A DNA stretch of 64,000 bases from an uncultured Gammaproteobacteria bacterium (GCA_964425075.1 CAYRKM010000001.1:705793-769792), one strand, 5' to 3'; positions 10,353 to 21,291 are shown, counted from the stretch's first letter. Notes: a model not told the origin generated them from the sequence alone. Numbers and translations: made by a program.

Positions 10353-11855
10353 ATGTCGCGTCCTACTTCTTCATGGACAGTTGCCTTTATTAGAAATAAT
10401 TTACCGCTTATTGCTATTCTTTTTTTGGGAGCAATACTTCGTTTTTATAATTACCCCGACAGATGGGGAATTGCATATGACCAGGCTTGGTTTGCCACTA
10501 TTGCCCACTATGCATTAGATACTTATCAATTACCATTACTTGGACCTTTCGCCTCTGGTGGGCCTTTCCAAACTGGCGGTGAGTGGTTTTGGGTTTTAAT
10601 GCTAGGGATTGCCCCTTTCCCTTACGTAGTAAATGCCCCCTGGATTTTTTTAACGGTACTTTCAGTAGTCCAAATTTTTGTTAGCTATGTTTTGGGTGTT
10701 GTTTACAAAAATAAATCATTTGGGCTTCTTCTCGCATTTCTTTGTGCAATTTCCTCCACACTAGTTTTGCAGTCAACAAATCTTACGAACCAAATGCTTA
10801 TATCAATGATTTCAACTGTATTTCTCATATTCTCCATTTTATACTTAAGAATCCCAAAAATATCCACACTTTTTTATGCAAGTTTATGTGTTGGTTTAGC
10901 TTCGGCAATGCATTTTCAGGGGGTTATTCTTCTTCCCGCGCTTTTTTTATTAATTTTAGTTAGTAAGTCTTTTCAATTTAAAAGAATTGTTACAGTAATT
11001 TTGGGAGTTGTTGTGCCCTGGTTGCCGGTGCTATACGTTGATACGCAAAATAATTTTTTTAACACAATAAATATTCTTACATATTATAAAAATCCCCAGA
11101 GCCAAGCTTCATATGAAGTTTTAGGAAGAAGATGGCTAACATTTATTTTCGACTATATACCGACATCGTGGGGATATGTAGTGGGGGGGAATAGGTGGAT
11201 GGGGTATTTAGAGGTTACTCTTGTAAGTTTATTAGTTTTAAAAAAATTCATAAAAAGGAAGATTACTAAGGAGTTTCTTTTTGTAATTTCAACAATTGCA
11301 ACTCTAACTATAGTTCTTAGATATCTAAAAATTCCTCTTTACGAAAATTACATAAACTTCCTGCACCCATTTATATTTCTTGTGGTTGCATTAAGTGTCT
11401 TTTTTATATTTAGATTTAGCAAGATTTTAGGTATAGGATTTATTTGTCTTATTGCAATTTTCAGTTTTCAAAGGATTAATGAAAACGTCTCAATAAGTAC
11501 GAATACAACAGCAACTCAAAGCGCAGAGCTTGCAAAGATCCTAAAGGGAAAATATCCAGGCGAGAAATTTGCCATTTATGACTTTGGAGATTCTCAAGGT
11601 CATCGTTCTATGCCGCTTTCATATTACTTATTGGTTGATGGACTTGCAGATAGCTCTGGAAGAAAAATAGGTTTGGCAGCAGCAACTATTGGAGGACAAC
11701 TAGAATTTCAGTCACACAAATTAATATTTGGTGAGTTTGGCAAGAGTCAAATATTTGATTTATCCAGTTCATCAGAGGCAGAGCTCCTTCATTCTGGATG
11801 GAATGATAGGAGTCCTGAGCATGTTTATAATTCTGTTCAAAATTGGTATAAATAA
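10353..11855 (+). CDS. ArnT/PMT-like (GT83/GT39) GT-C membrane glycosyltransferase
   Basis: LR after TM1, YDQA acidic loop, PLLGP, many TMs, soluble C-terminal tail. Confidence 0.75.
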   Translation: MSRPTSSWTVAFIRNNLPLIAILFLGAILRFYNYPDRWGIAYDQAWFATIAHYALDTYQLPLLGPFASGGPFQTGGEWFWVLMLGIAPFPYVVNAPWIFLTVLSVVQIFVSYVLGVVYKNKSFGLLLAFLCAISSTLVLQSTNLTNQMLISMISTVFLIFSILYLRIPKISTLFYASLCVGLASAMHFQGVILLPALFLLILVSKSFQFKRIVTVILGVVVPWLPVLYVDTQNNFFNTINILTYYKNPQSQASYEVLGRRWLTFIFDYIPTSWGYVVGGNRWMGYLEVTLVSLLVLKKFIKRKITKEFLFVISTIATLTIVLRYLKIPLYENYINFLHPFIFLVVALSVFFIFRFSKILGIGFICLIAIFSFQRINENVSISTNTTATQSAELAKILKGKYPGEKFAIYDFGDSQGHRSMPLSYYLLVDGLADSSGRKIGLAAATIGGQLEFQSHKLIFGEFGKSQIFDLSSSSEAELLHSGWNDRSPEHVYNSVQNWYK

Positions 11856-11880
11856 TCAATAAGATTTATTCTGCAAGACT

Positions 11881-13524
11881 ATGTTTAAAAAAGTTTTTGG
11901 CTCTACAAAGTATTTGCTTGTGTTAATTTTTCTTCTTGCAGGAGTTCTACGAATATGGGGAATTGGACACCTTCCCCCTTCGCTTACTTGGGATGAGGTA
12001 GCATGGGGCTACAATGCTTATACATTAGGAATTGATGGAAAGGATGAGTTTGGACGATTACTGCCATATGAATACTTAGAGTCATTTGGCGATTTCAAGC
12101 CACCTTTATATGCGTATTTAGATATTATTCCTATAAAAATATTTGGGCTGACTGAATTTGCCGTCAGACTACCTTCAGCAATATTTGGAACTTTGACTGT
12201 ACTTTTAACATATTTTCTAGTCAGAGAAATTTTTTACTCTTCTAAAAGAAGAGAGTTTTATGCATTGCTTTCAACAGTAATCATGGCATTTTCTCCCTGG
12301 CATATAAATTTGTCCAGGGCTGCATTTGAAGCAAATGTTGCCTCTTTCTTCCTAATTTTTGGTGTTTTTGCATTCCTAATAGCTACCAGACGAAATATTT
12401 GGCTTCTAATTCTATCATCAACCTCTTTTGCTCTTTCTTTTTATGTTTTTAATACATCCCGTATAGTAGCTCCACTTTTGGTGATTGTGCTTGCTCTTTT
12501 TTTCTTTAAAAAACTTACAAAAAATCTGTTACCAACAATTGTAGCAATTGTTGTTGGTGTAGCATTGTTGTTGCCATTGGTGAATTTTCTCCTTTCACCT
12601 CAAGCAAGTCTTAGGTTTAGAGAGGTGAATATTTTTACAGATGAAAATGTAGTCAAGACTGCAAACCAGGAAATACTAAACGACAATAATTCTCCGTTTA
12701 GTAAGATACTGCATAATAGAAGGCTTAAATATGCTATTTCATTTACTACACATTATTTAGACAATCTTAATCCTTCATTCCTATTTATCAAGGGAGACGG
12801 TAACCCAAAGTTTTCAACGAGAGATGTCGGTCAGTTGTACCTTTGGTGTCTTCCTTTTCTTCTTATTGGGTCTGTTATGTTGTTTAGGAAACGTGAAGGT
12901 AGGTGGTGGATTGTACCTTTTTGGTTATTTCTTGGAATAATTCCTGCAGCAACTGCAAGGGAAACGCCCCACGCACTTCGTATAGAGACAGTTCTTCCCA
13001 CCTTGCAAATAGTTGTTGCCTATGGGGCAGTGACAGCATATTTTTATCTGAAAGAGCACCTTAAGAAAAATATCTTTAGAGCAGTTATTTTCATTTTAGT
13101 ATTTTCATATCTTCTTAATGTGACTTATTATCTTTATGGATATTATGTGCATTATGCACGCGAACAATCTGGTGAATGGCAGTATGGATATAAAGAAGCA
13201 TTAAGTTTTACAAGAGAAAATGAAAACAATTTTAATGATATTTACTTTACTACAGTTTTAGGTAGACCCTACATCTACTATCTTTTTTATGGAAAAATCG
13301 AGCCGACTTATTTTAGAGAAAATTCGACAGTTGAACGAGACGCTTTCGGTTTTGTAAATGTTTCAAGAGTTGGGAAATACCATTTTTTAAGTGATGCAAA
13401 AATGAGAGAACACAAGAATGCCCTTTATGTTGGGCAAACGACTGATATTCCTAAGAATGCAATTATTTTAAAAACAATTTATAAATTAAATAGTGAGAGC
13501 GCACTTGTTATCTATAAGTTCTAA
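11881..13524 (+). CDS. ArnT/PMT-like GT-C membrane glycosyltransferase
   Basis: LR...PP.L.WDEVA.GYNAY, SFGDFKPPLY, EFAVRLPSA, SPWHI..SR.AFE, PHALR motifs. Confidence 0.85.
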   Translation: MFKKVFGSTKYLLVLIFLLAGVLRIWGIGHLPPSLTWDEVAWGYNAYTLGIDGKDEFGRLLPYEYLESFGDFKPPLYAYLDIIPIKIFGLTEFAVRLPSAIFGTLTVLLTYFLVREIFYSSKRREFYALLSTVIMAFSPWHINLSRAAFEANVASFFLIFGVFAFLIATRRNIWLLILSSTSFALSFYVFNTSRIVAPLLVIVLALFFFKKLTKNLLPTIVAIVVGVALLLPLVNFLLSPQASLRFREVNIFTDENVVKTANQEILNDNNSPFSKILHNRRLKYAISFTTHYLDNLNPSFLFIKGDGNPKFSTRDVGQLYLWCLPFLLIGSVMLFRKREGRWWIVPFWLFLGIIPAATARETPHALRIETVLPTLQIVVAYGAVTAYFYLKEHLKKNIFRAVIFILVFSYLLNVTYYLYGYYVHYAREQSGEWQYGYKEALSFTRENENNFNDIYFTTVLGRPYIYYLFYGKIEPTYFRENSTVERDAFGFVNVSRVGKYHFLSDAKMREHKNALYVGQTTDIPKNAIILKTIYKLNSESALVIYKF

Positions 13525-13525
13525 T

Positions 13526-15178
13526 ATGATTAAAGATTTAGTTGAAGGAAAAAAAATGACTTTAATAATTTTTGCGATTATTATTCTTTTAGGATCTATA
13601 TTGCGTCTGTGGCAATTGGGAAATACGCCACCATCACTAAATTGGGACGAGGTTGCTTTAGGATATGACGCATACTCTATTTTTGAAACGGGGAGAGATG
13701 AATTTAGTGCAAAGTTCCCAATAATACTTCGTTCATTCGACGATTATAAGCCAGCTCTTTATGCGTATTTAATAATTCCAGCTTATAAAGCTTTTGGACT
13801 CAATGAATTTGCAGTAAGATTGCCTTCAGCTTTCTTTGGAATATTAACTCTAATTAGCGTTTTCTATTTATCAAAGAAACTCTTTAACCGGAATGATTTA
13901 GCGCTTCTAGTTATGCTAATTCTTGCGATATCTCCTTGGCATATTCAGTTTTCACGGGTTGCCTTTGAATCTAATGTGGGTTTAGCTTTCAATGTGTTTG
14001 CCGCAACCCTTTTTCTTTATAGTTTCAAACGTCCTTATCTTTTAATTATTGCGGCCATTATGGCAGGATTGAGTCTTCACACGTATCAAAGTGAAAAAGT
14101 ATTTACTCCTCTTTTTATGCTTGGAATATCAGTTATTTATCTAAAGGATTTGCTGAGAATTCCACGAAAATATCTTATTGGTGCTGTTTTTGCAGGACTT
14201 ATTGTCATACTCCCATTATTAATTTATATAGTTAACGACCAAAATGCACTTCTTAGGGCAAAGGGTACAAGTATTTTTAGCAACAATACCGTTTTATTAA
14301 AGGAGAATGCCAAACGAAACGAATATAACATAACAGCAAATAATCCTTTGGGAAGAATTCTTGATAATAGACGAATTGTTTATGCTAAAAGCATTGCAAA
14401 TGGATATTTATCTCATTTTGACCCGAATTGGCTTTTGAAGGGAGATATTGGTCGTCACCATGCACCAGAAATGGGCCTTATATATCTGTGGGAATTGCCA
14501 ATTATATTGTTTGGTATATACATATTATTATTCTCAAAATTTGATAAAAAGACAAAATACCTCATTTTCTTTTGGTTTGCTCTAGCACCTGTTCCTGCTT
14601 CAGTTACACAAGAAGTTCCACATGCAGTAAGAACCCTTAATTTTTTACCAACATGGCAAATATTTACTGCTCTTGGTTTGTGGGGCGCAATCATATTTTT
14701 ACGAACATTAAATATTTCAAAAATTTACAAAGCGACAATTCTCGGTTTAGTTGGGGCATTTATTGTTTTTAACTTTGTTTATTACCTGAATCAATATTTC
14801 GTTCAGCAGAATTATTTTAGCGCGCAAGATTGGATATATGGACATAAACAGATGATTTCTGAAGTCTTAAAAAGAGAGAAAAAGTTTGAAAAAATTGTTA
14901 TATCAGATGATAGACCCATGGATAAATCATATATGTTTTATTTGTTTTTTTCTAAATATCCTCCCGAAAAGTACCAGCAAACAAAATCTCCATCAGGAAA
15001 TTTCAAGACTCATCAGAAGTTTGGTAAATACGAATTTCGTCCAATTAATTGGGTAGAGGATAGTGGCAAAAAGAACGTATTGTTTGTTGGTAACCCTTGG
15101 GAGATTGATAAAAGAGATGTTGTATTTACAGTTTATTATCCAAATGGCGAACCTGCGATGGTTATGGCCGAAAATTAA
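13526..15178 (+). CDS. ArnT/PMT-like GT-C membrane glycosyltransferase (paralog of 11881..13524)
   Basis: WDEVALGYDAY, SFDDYKPALY, EFAVRLPSA, SPWHIQFSR.AFE, PHAVR motifs; start moved to ATG 13526, directly after the upstream stop. Confidence 0.85.
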   Translation: MIKDLVEGKKMTLIIFAIIILLGSILRLWQLGNTPPSLNWDEVALGYDAYSIFETGRDEFSAKFPIILRSFDDYKPALYAYLIIPAYKAFGLNEFAVRLPSAFFGILTLISVFYLSKKLFNRNDLALLVMLILAISPWHIQFSRVAFESNVGLAFNVFAATLFLYSFKRPYLLIIAAIMAGLSLHTYQSEKVFTPLFMLGISVIYLKDLLRIPRKYLIGAVFAGLIVILPLLIYIVNDQNALLRAKGTSIFSNNTVLLKENAKRNEYNITANNPLGRILDNRRIVYAKSIANGYLSHFDPNWLLKGDIGRHHAPEMGLIYLWELPIILFGIYILLFSKFDKKTKYLIFFWFALAPVPASVTQEVPHAVRTLNFLPTWQIFTALGLWGAIIFLRTLNISKIYKATILGLVGAFIVFNFVYYLNQYFVQQNYFSAQDWIYGHKQMISEVLKREKKFEKIVISDDRPMDKSYMFYLFFSKYPPEKYQQTKSPSGNFKTHQKFGKYEFRPINWVEDSGKKNVLFVGNPWEIDKRDVVFTVYYPNGEPAMVMAEN

Positions 15179-15180
15179 CA

Positions 15181-16686
15181 ATGAAAATAACTCCCTTTTT
15201 AAGTAGTAAGAAATTTGGATATTTAACTTTTTTTGTTATATTGTTTTTTGCTATTTTTTTAAGGTTCCAGGGGGTTATCACCAACTCATTTCCATTTACT
15301 TATGACATTGGGCGAGACCTTATTACGGCTCGTGAAATTGCTACCCTCCAAAAAATCCCTCTGATTGGACAAACGACAGGATTACCCGGATTGTTTTACG
15401 GCCCAAGTTGGCACTATATACTTGCGTTTTTTTACCACCCTCTACAAGGAGACCCGCAATTTTTTACAGGACTAATTAATGCTACTGGAGTTATCATGGT
15501 CTCTTTAGCCTATTTTTTGGGAAAAAAAATTGGAGGAACAGTTTTGGCAATATCTTGGTCCGGTCTTCTTGCAGTCTCTCCTGCTGTTATTGCATTAACA
15601 AGTCAAATATGGAATCCAGACCTTATTCCTATTTTTTGGATAGGAACATACATATCTCTTTATTTTATTTATAAGAATCGAAAACCACAACTTAACTTCT
15701 TTGTTTTGGGGGTATTAATGGCATTAATTATAGATATGGAAATAGTAGTGGGACTTTTATATGCAGCCGGCATATTTTTAAGTGTAATTATTTTAGGAAA
15801 AAAGTTTTTTTCTATTAAAAAAGTATTATTGTGTGTGTTGGGATTTTTAATCATAATGTCTCCTCGTTTTATATTTGACTTTCGTCATGACAATGTACTT
15901 AGTAGGACCTTAATAAATGGCTTATTGCAGATGTTTGTTAGGGGAGGGGATGGAAGCCCAACAACTCCGTTTTCCCAAAAGGCACTTGCTATTTTTTCTA
16001 TTTGGAATGAAACCTTTACCAGTGGGAATGTAATTCTCGGAGGAATAATGTTAGCAACCGTTTTGTTATTGACGATTATTTTGTTTAGAAAAACAAATAG
16101 CACAATTAAATTCTTTTTAACAACAACCATCGTTACAATTAGTATTTCTATAATTGGTTTATTCTTATTTGGACATGAAATTTGGAATCATTATTTAGTT
16201 ATGTTCCCAGTGTTATTTGTTACTTGGCTGGCCGTAGTGATAACAATGGTTGGTTCTGTAAAGAAATACCGAATAAGCGCATTACTGTTTGCCTTTATAC
16301 TTATTGTTCTAAATATAAATTTACCCCAACAATATAAAAATTTGACAACTCCTCTTTGGGAGGGTGATGCTGCTGTTTACAGAAACCAAGTAAAAGTAGT
16401 TGATTACATTTATGAAAAAGCAAATAAAAATCCTTTTAAGTTTATTGTTTACACTCCCCCAGTACACGACTATACTTATGAATACTTATTCAATTGGTAT
16501 GGCCCAAAGAAATATGGATACACGCCAAACGAGTCATCTAAGTTGTTTTTTGTAATTTTAGAACCTGATAACGAACAACCCCAACGTCTTAAAGATTGGT
16601 TAAAGGTGAGAGAAAATGATGGGGAAACAATTGAAGTTTCAAAAGTTACAGGGGGGATTGTTGTTCAGACGAGGAAAGTACAGTAA
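15181..16686 (+). CDS. ArnT/PMT-like GT-C membrane glycosyltransferase
   Basis: FTYDIGRD, PLIG..T...G.FYGP, WNP, FDFRH and C-terminal PPVHDYTYEYLF motifs. Confidence 0.78.
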   Translation: MKITPFLSSKKFGYLTFFVILFFAIFLRFQGVITNSFPFTYDIGRDLITAREIATLQKIPLIGQTTGLPGLFYGPSWHYILAFFYHPLQGDPQFFTGLINATGVIMVSLAYFLGKKIGGTVLAISWSGLLAVSPAVIALTSQIWNPDLIPIFWIGTYISLYFIYKNRKPQLNFFVLGVLMALIIDMEIVVGLLYAAGIFLSVIILGKKFFSIKKVLLCVLGFLIIMSPRFIFDFRHDNVLSRTLINGLLQMFVRGGDGSPTTPFSQKALAIFSIWNETFTSGNVILGGIMLATVLLLTIILFRKTNSTIKFFLTTTIVTISISIIGLFLFGHEIWNHYLVMFPVLFVTWLAVVITMVGSVKKYRISALLFAFILIVLNINLPQQYKNLTTPLWEGDAAVYRNQVKVVDYIYEKANKNPFKFIVYTPPVHDYTYEYLFNWYGPKKYGYTPNESSKLFFVILEPDNEQPQRLKDWLKVRENDGETIEVSKVTGGIVVQTRKVQ

Positions 16687-17988
16687 ATGAAAAAAAATAG
16701 GGAAAATTTTTTGGCAAGAATTCATAAATACATAATGGCGAATCCGCTAATAGTCTTGGTTTTGGCTATTTTTATTGTAGCTATATTCCTTCGTTTTTTT
16801 GAGATCAATGAAAGAACACCTTTTGGTTGGGACCAGGTGGATAATGCTTGGGCTGCGGCAAGGCTAATTTCAGAAGGGCAGTTCCCCCTTTTGGGTATGC
16901 AGGCAAAAGGGAATAGTGGGGTATTTATTGGTCCTTTCTATTATTATTTTGTTTCAATTTTCTATTTCATTACCAATCTTGATCCGATTGCCGCAGGAAT
17001 TATTGCTGGAGTAACCAGCATTTTTTCACTTCTCGTCATTTTTTATGTGACAAAAAGGATATTCTCAGTAGGCGTTGCCATTATTGCGATATTTATTAAT
17101 ACTGTTTCTACTACTGCTATTATCTCAGAACGCTCCCAGTGGCCTGTAAATTTCATACCAGTAATTGCACTTCTTACTCTCTATTCTCTTTATGAAATAT
17201 CGAGGGGAAAAAGTAGGTATATTCTACTGCTTGCCCTTGTATTTGGGTTTTCATTTCATATTCATTTTACGTCGCTATATTATCCGATTATTTTTTTGCT
17301 CATGCTACCATTCTTTCCAAGAAATAAAGAAATGGTAAGGTATTCGTTATTTGGGTTACTGATTCTTATTCCCTTTTTTATTCCAACAGCAATTGCTTTT
17401 GCTTCAAGCATTCAAGATTCTGCAAGAATTGCAACTTATGGACAAAGTTATTTTCATGGGTTTCATTTAAGACGCGTAATGCAATTAACTGGTGACGCCG
17501 TTATTCAGTTTGGTCCATATTTAAAGTATGATTTTTTACGACCTTTTCAATTCATTCTTCTACCATTATTTATTTTTGTTTATCTTTACAAAAAATTAAA
17601 ACGTGAAAGAATAATTCTATGCTATCTATTCTTACTTTTTTTCATTGTTCCTTGGTTGGTTCTCTCAACATATAGTGGAGAACTTACAGATTATTATTTT
17701 TCAGTTTCAAAATTTGTTGCTCTTATTATAATTTCTTATCTCATATATAGAGTTTTCTCAATAAGATTAGTTTTTGTAAAAATTATTGTTGTAATTCTGC
17801 TTATTGCATATGGCGTTTTAAATATTAGAGACTATTTTATTAGTGATAAAAGTAATTCGTTAAATGTGCATAGAGCAAGAACGCTAGAAAAAATAGAAAA
17901 AAAGGAATTTGTTGAGTATCAAGATGGGGTTCCCGAAGTATATTTATATTATTATTACATGAGACAAAATGGAAAAAAAGTTTATTAA
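16687..17988 (+). CDS. ArnT/PMT-like GT-C membrane glycosyltransferase
   Basis: LRF, FGWDQVD, PLLG, G.FIGPFYYY motifs; many TMs. Confidence 0.78.
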   Translation: MKKNRENFLARIHKYIMANPLIVLVLAIFIVAIFLRFFEINERTPFGWDQVDNAWAAARLISEGQFPLLGMQAKGNSGVFIGPFYYYFVSIFYFITNLDPIAAGIIAGVTSIFSLLVIFYVTKRIFSVGVAIIAIFINTVSTTAIISERSQWPVNFIPVIALLTLYSLYEISRGKSRYILLLALVFGFSFHIHFTSLYYPIIFLLMLPFFPRNKEMVRYSLFGLLILIPFFIPTAIAFASSIQDSARIATYGQSYFHGFHLRRVMQLTGDAVIQFGPYLKYDFLRPFQFILLPLFIFVYLYKKLKRERIILCYLFLLFFIVPWLVLSTYSGELTDYYFSVSKFVALIIISYLIYRVFSIRLVFVKIIVVILLIAYGVLNIRDYFISDKSNSLNVHRARTLEKIEKKEFVEYQDGVPEVYLYYYYMRQNGKKVY

Positions 17989-19513
17989 AAAAGAGTCACG
18001 TTCATTTGAAAAATGGCAAGCTTATGCAAAGCGGGTTATTGTAGTTGTGGGAATTCTTTTAATAGCCTTGGGTATTTTGATGAGGGCAACTGAGGTAATT
18101 AACAAAAATTATGTTTTTGGATTTGATCATGGGAGAGAGTACCTAATGGTAAGAGATATTGTTGAAAACAAAGACCTTCGACTTATTGGAACGCAGCTTG
18201 GGGCAGGGTCTGCTGGCATACAGGGAATTTTCCATGGACCTGGTTACTATTATTTTCTAGCAATCCCCTACATATTGTTTAGTGGTGATCCGTATGGTGG
18301 AGTAGTGTTAATGTTTGTATTTGGACTTGGAGCAATTTTTCTAAGTTTTTTGATTGGTAAAAAGTCATTTGGAACCATAGGTGGAATAATACTCGCTACA
18401 TTCATTGCACTTTCCCCACCAATTATTGCACAGTCCAGATTTTTCTGGAGTCCATTTCCTTCTACTTTTTTTGCCCTCATTGCATTTTACTTTGTTTATC
18501 AAATTAGGAAAAATTACAAATATGCATTTTTTGCTTCTTTTTTCTCTGCTTTTGTTTATCACTTTGAATTCGCAATTGCGGTTCCCCTACTTATCGCATT
18601 GTTTTTTTATTCTTTAGTTGTTCTTAAGATAAATAACATTAAGCATTACGGAGTAATGTTTTTGGGAGCAATAATTGCCGCGTTACCAGCGATTATCTTT
18701 GAAGTAAGGCATAATTTTATGGCAATTAGAGGTGCCTTTAGCTATGTTGCCTCTCCTGTAAGAGATTCTCATGCACCCAGTTTTTTACAAAATCAAATTG
18801 ATCATTTTGGAGCGTTCATTCTTAATTTTTCTGATACATTTCCAAATAGAGAACTTTTTCCGCCTTTATTTCTTTTTGTCTTAATTTCTGTTCCATTATT
18901 TATTTATATAGCTAAAGAAAAAGATAAGAGCATCAGGCAATTCGTCATTTATTTATTAATTCTTACGGCAATAACTTTTGTTTCATTTATGCCCTTAAGA
19001 AACGCTGTTTATCAATACTACCTATTTCATTTAGTTGTTGTGTATTCATTCTTTTGTACATACATTCTTGTAAAATCCTTTAAAAAAGATAAAGCAATTT
19101 TTGCAATATTTTCTGTAGTTATGCTTCTATATATAATTACCTCTGTTCCCAAGTTCATCCAAACATTTAAATACGACATTGATGATTATGGAGGAATTGC
19201 AAAAATAGAGGGCAAGGTGGATGCAATTGATTATATATTTGCTGACGCAAAGGGCGAAAAATTTGGCTTATTAGTATTTTCGCCACCTGTTTATACTTAT
19301 CCCTACGACTATATTATTTTATGGAGACAAAATCGGTATAATTACTTTCCTCACCAATCAAAAAAAGGTGTATTTTATTTATTGATAGAAAAGGATCCCG
19401 ATAAGCCCTGGTCTTATAAAGGTTGGTTGGAAACCGTTATTAAGAGTGGGAGGGTAATAAAAGAAGTGACGCTTCCAAGTGGATTTATTATCCAGAAAAG
19501 AATAGAAGAATGA
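17969..19513 (+). CDS. ArnT/PMT-like GT-C membrane glycosyltransferase (paralog of 15181..16686)
   Basis: FGFDHGRE, LIG, G.FHGPGYYY, WSP, FEVRH and C-terminal PPVYTYPYDY motifs. Confidence 0.78.
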   Translation: MEKKFIKKESRSFEKWQAYAKRVIVVVGILLIALGILMRATEVINKNYVFGFDHGREYLMVRDIVENKDLRLIGTQLGAGSAGIQGIFHGPGYYYFLAIPYILFSGDPYGGVVLMFVFGLGAIFLSFLIGKKSFGTIGGIILATFIALSPPIIAQSRFFWSPFPSTFFALIAFYFVYQIRKNYKYAFFASFFSAFVYHFEFAIAVPLLIALFFYSLVVLKINNIKHYGVMFLGAIIAALPAIIFEVRHNFMAIRGAFSYVASPVRDSHAPSFLQNQIDHFGAFILNFSDTFPNRELFPPLFLFVLISVPLFIYIAKEKDKSIRQFVIYLLILTAITFVSFMPLRNAVYQYYLFHLVVVYSFFCTYILVKSFKKDKAIFAIFSVVMLLYIITSVPKFIQTFKYDIDDYGGIAKIEGKVDAIDYIFADAKGEKFGLLVFSPPVYTYPYDYIILWRQNRYNYFPHQSKKGVFYLLIEKDPDKPWSYKGWLETVIKSGRVIKEVTLPSGFIIQKRIEE

Positions 19514-19519
19514 TACAAT
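19511..19519 (+). promoter_or_regulatory. Extended -10 promoter element (leaderless-type)
   Basis: TGATACAAT followed by 6 nt and then ATG 19526. Confidence 0.5.
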
Positions 19520-19525
19520 ATAGAT

Positions 19526-20302
19526 ATGAAGAAATTATCTGTGGTTCTAGCTACTTTTAATGAAGAGGAAAATTTGCCTAGGTGTCTTGATGCAGTTAAG
19601 GAATTGGCAGATGAGATAGTAATAGTCGATGGGACATCAAAAGACAAAACAGTAGAAATTGCACGAGGATATGGTGCAAAAGTTATTGTTACTTCAAATC
19701 CACCCAATTTTCACATTAACAAACAAAAAGCAATCGATAAAGCGAGTGGAGAGTGGATTTTACAATTAGATGCTGATGAAGTTGTATCCTCAGAGCTTGC
19801 AAAAGAGATTCAAAAATTAATTGCCCACAATACAGAAGAAAACGGATTTTGGATGCCAAGGAAAAATTATTTTTTGGGGCGCTACTTAATGAAGGGTGGT
19901 CAATATCCTGATTATACAGTGAGACTTTACAAAAATGGAAAAGGAAAGTTGCCACAAAAGGATGTTCACGAGCAGGCTACTATTGAAGGGAAAGTTGGGT
20001 ATCTCAAAGAGGCATTGCTTCATTATCCATACAAAAACTTTAATGTATATTGCAAAAAATGGATGAGATACAATAGGCTAATTGCGGCACAAACTGCAGA
20101 TCAGCTCAAGGGGAAAAATTTATTTTACAAAGTGTATATAGCAGTTGCCGATTTGGTTTTACGTCCATCTCACTGGATGTTAACTACCTACTTTCGCCAC
20201 AAAGGTTTTGTAGATGGATGGCAAGGATTTGTGTTTTCATTAATGTCTTCTCTTCGTTTTCCAGTTTCGTACATACTGTATTTAGCTGGAAAGTATGTTT
20301 AA
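19526..20302 (+). CDS. GT2 glycosyltransferase (KdtX/WaaE-like; paralog of 4263..5018)
   Basis: FNEE, VDG.S.DKT, LDADE, YPDY..RL, VHE, KGFVDGWQG motifs. Confidence 0.88.
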   Translation: MKKLSVVLATFNEEENLPRCLDAVKELADEIVIVDGTSKDKTVEIARGYGAKVIVTSNPPNFHINKQKAIDKASGEWILQLDADEVVSSELAKEIQKLIAHNTEENGFWMPRKNYFLGRYLMKGGQYPDYTVRLYKNGKGKLPQKDVHEQATIEGKVGYLKEALLHYPYKNFNVYCKKWMRYNRLIAAQTADQLKGKNLFYKVYIAVADLVLRPSHWMLTTYFRHKGFVDGWQGFVFSLMSSLRFPVSYILYLAGKYV

Positions 20303-20311
20303 ATAAGTAAT

Positions 20312-21289
20312 ATGGAAAAGAAAATCTTAGTAACAGGGGCAGCCGGATATATAGGTGGTTTCATGTTAAGGGTTTTGCAAGACAGGGGATACGCGCCGAT
20401 AGCACTTGATAATTTGTCACGGGGTAATCGTGATGTTGTGCCTGAAAATGTACCATTCTATCAGGGAAACGTTGGGGATGAGGAGATAGTAAATAAGATT
20501 ACATCTGAGCATCAAATTTTAGGGGTTATTCATTTTGCGGGATACATTTCAATGAAAGAGAGCATGGATAACCCAGAGATTTATTTTGAGAATAATACTT
20601 TCCAAACACTAAAGTTACTTGAAGCACTTAAAAAAAATAATATCCGCGACATAATTTTTTCATCAACCGCTGGAGTTTATGGTAATCCCGAAAGAATACC
20701 AATTGGCGAGGATGATAGGAAAATTCCCACAAATCCTTATGGAGAAAGTAAATTAATGGTAGAAAAAATACTTTCTTGGTATCAGCGTAATTTTGGAATA
20801 AACTTTGCTGCTTTAAGGTATTTCAATGCATGTGGAGCACAGCTTGATGGTAGTTTGGGTGAGGAGCACAAACCCGAGACACATATCTTGCCTCTTGCAA
20901 TACAGGCAGCTATAAATGACGAAGAATTTACTCTTTACGGCACAGATTACAAGACACCTGATGGTACCTGCGTACGGGATTACATTCATGTCCTTGATTT
21001 AGCAGAGGCGCATATTTTAGCACTCGAGAAAATAATTAGTTCTCCCGGTGCATACTACTATAATGTGGGAACTGGCAAAGGACTTTCAAATAAAGAGGTT
21101 GTAGAAAAATTAAAAGAGGTTTCAGGAAAAGATCTTCGTGTTAAATTTGCAGAAAGAAGGCCTGGGGATGCGGATGAATTAGTTGCAGATGTTACAAAAA
21201 TAAAGACGGAATTAGGATTTGAGCCAAAATATTCAGATCTTCAGACAATTATTGAGAGTGCTTGGAAGTGGCATAGTCGAAATTCTTAA
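20312..21289 (+). CDS. galE: UDP-glucose 4-epimerase
   Basis: TGAAGYIG, HFAG, FSSTAGVYG, NPYGESK, LRYFNA.GA, GTDY.TPDGTCVRDYIHV.DLA, RRPGD motifs. Confidence 0.93.
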   Translation: MEKKILVTGAAGYIGGFMLRVLQDRGYAPIALDNLSRGNRDVVPENVPFYQGNVGDEEIVNKITSEHQILGVIHFAGYISMKESMDNPEIYFENNTFQTLKLLEALKKNNIRDIIFSSTAGVYGNPERIPIGEDDRKIPTNPYGESKLMVEKILSWYQRNFGINFAALRYFNACGAQLDGSLGEEHKPETHILPLAIQAAINDEEFTLYGTDYKTPDGTCVRDYIHVLDLAEAHILALEKIISSPGAYYYNVGTGKGLSNKEVVEKLKEVSGKDLRVKFAERRPGDADELVADVTKIKTELGFEPKYSDLQTIIESAWKWHSRNS

Positions 21290-21291
21290 GT

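Noticed and set aside
11183-11189. G7 tract in a GT-C gene (also G6 near 9171, C6 near 34116 and many A/T runs) as phase-variation sites
   Set aside because: The tracts are short, all frames are intact, and A/T runs are expected at this composition. Read-level length variation would be needed.
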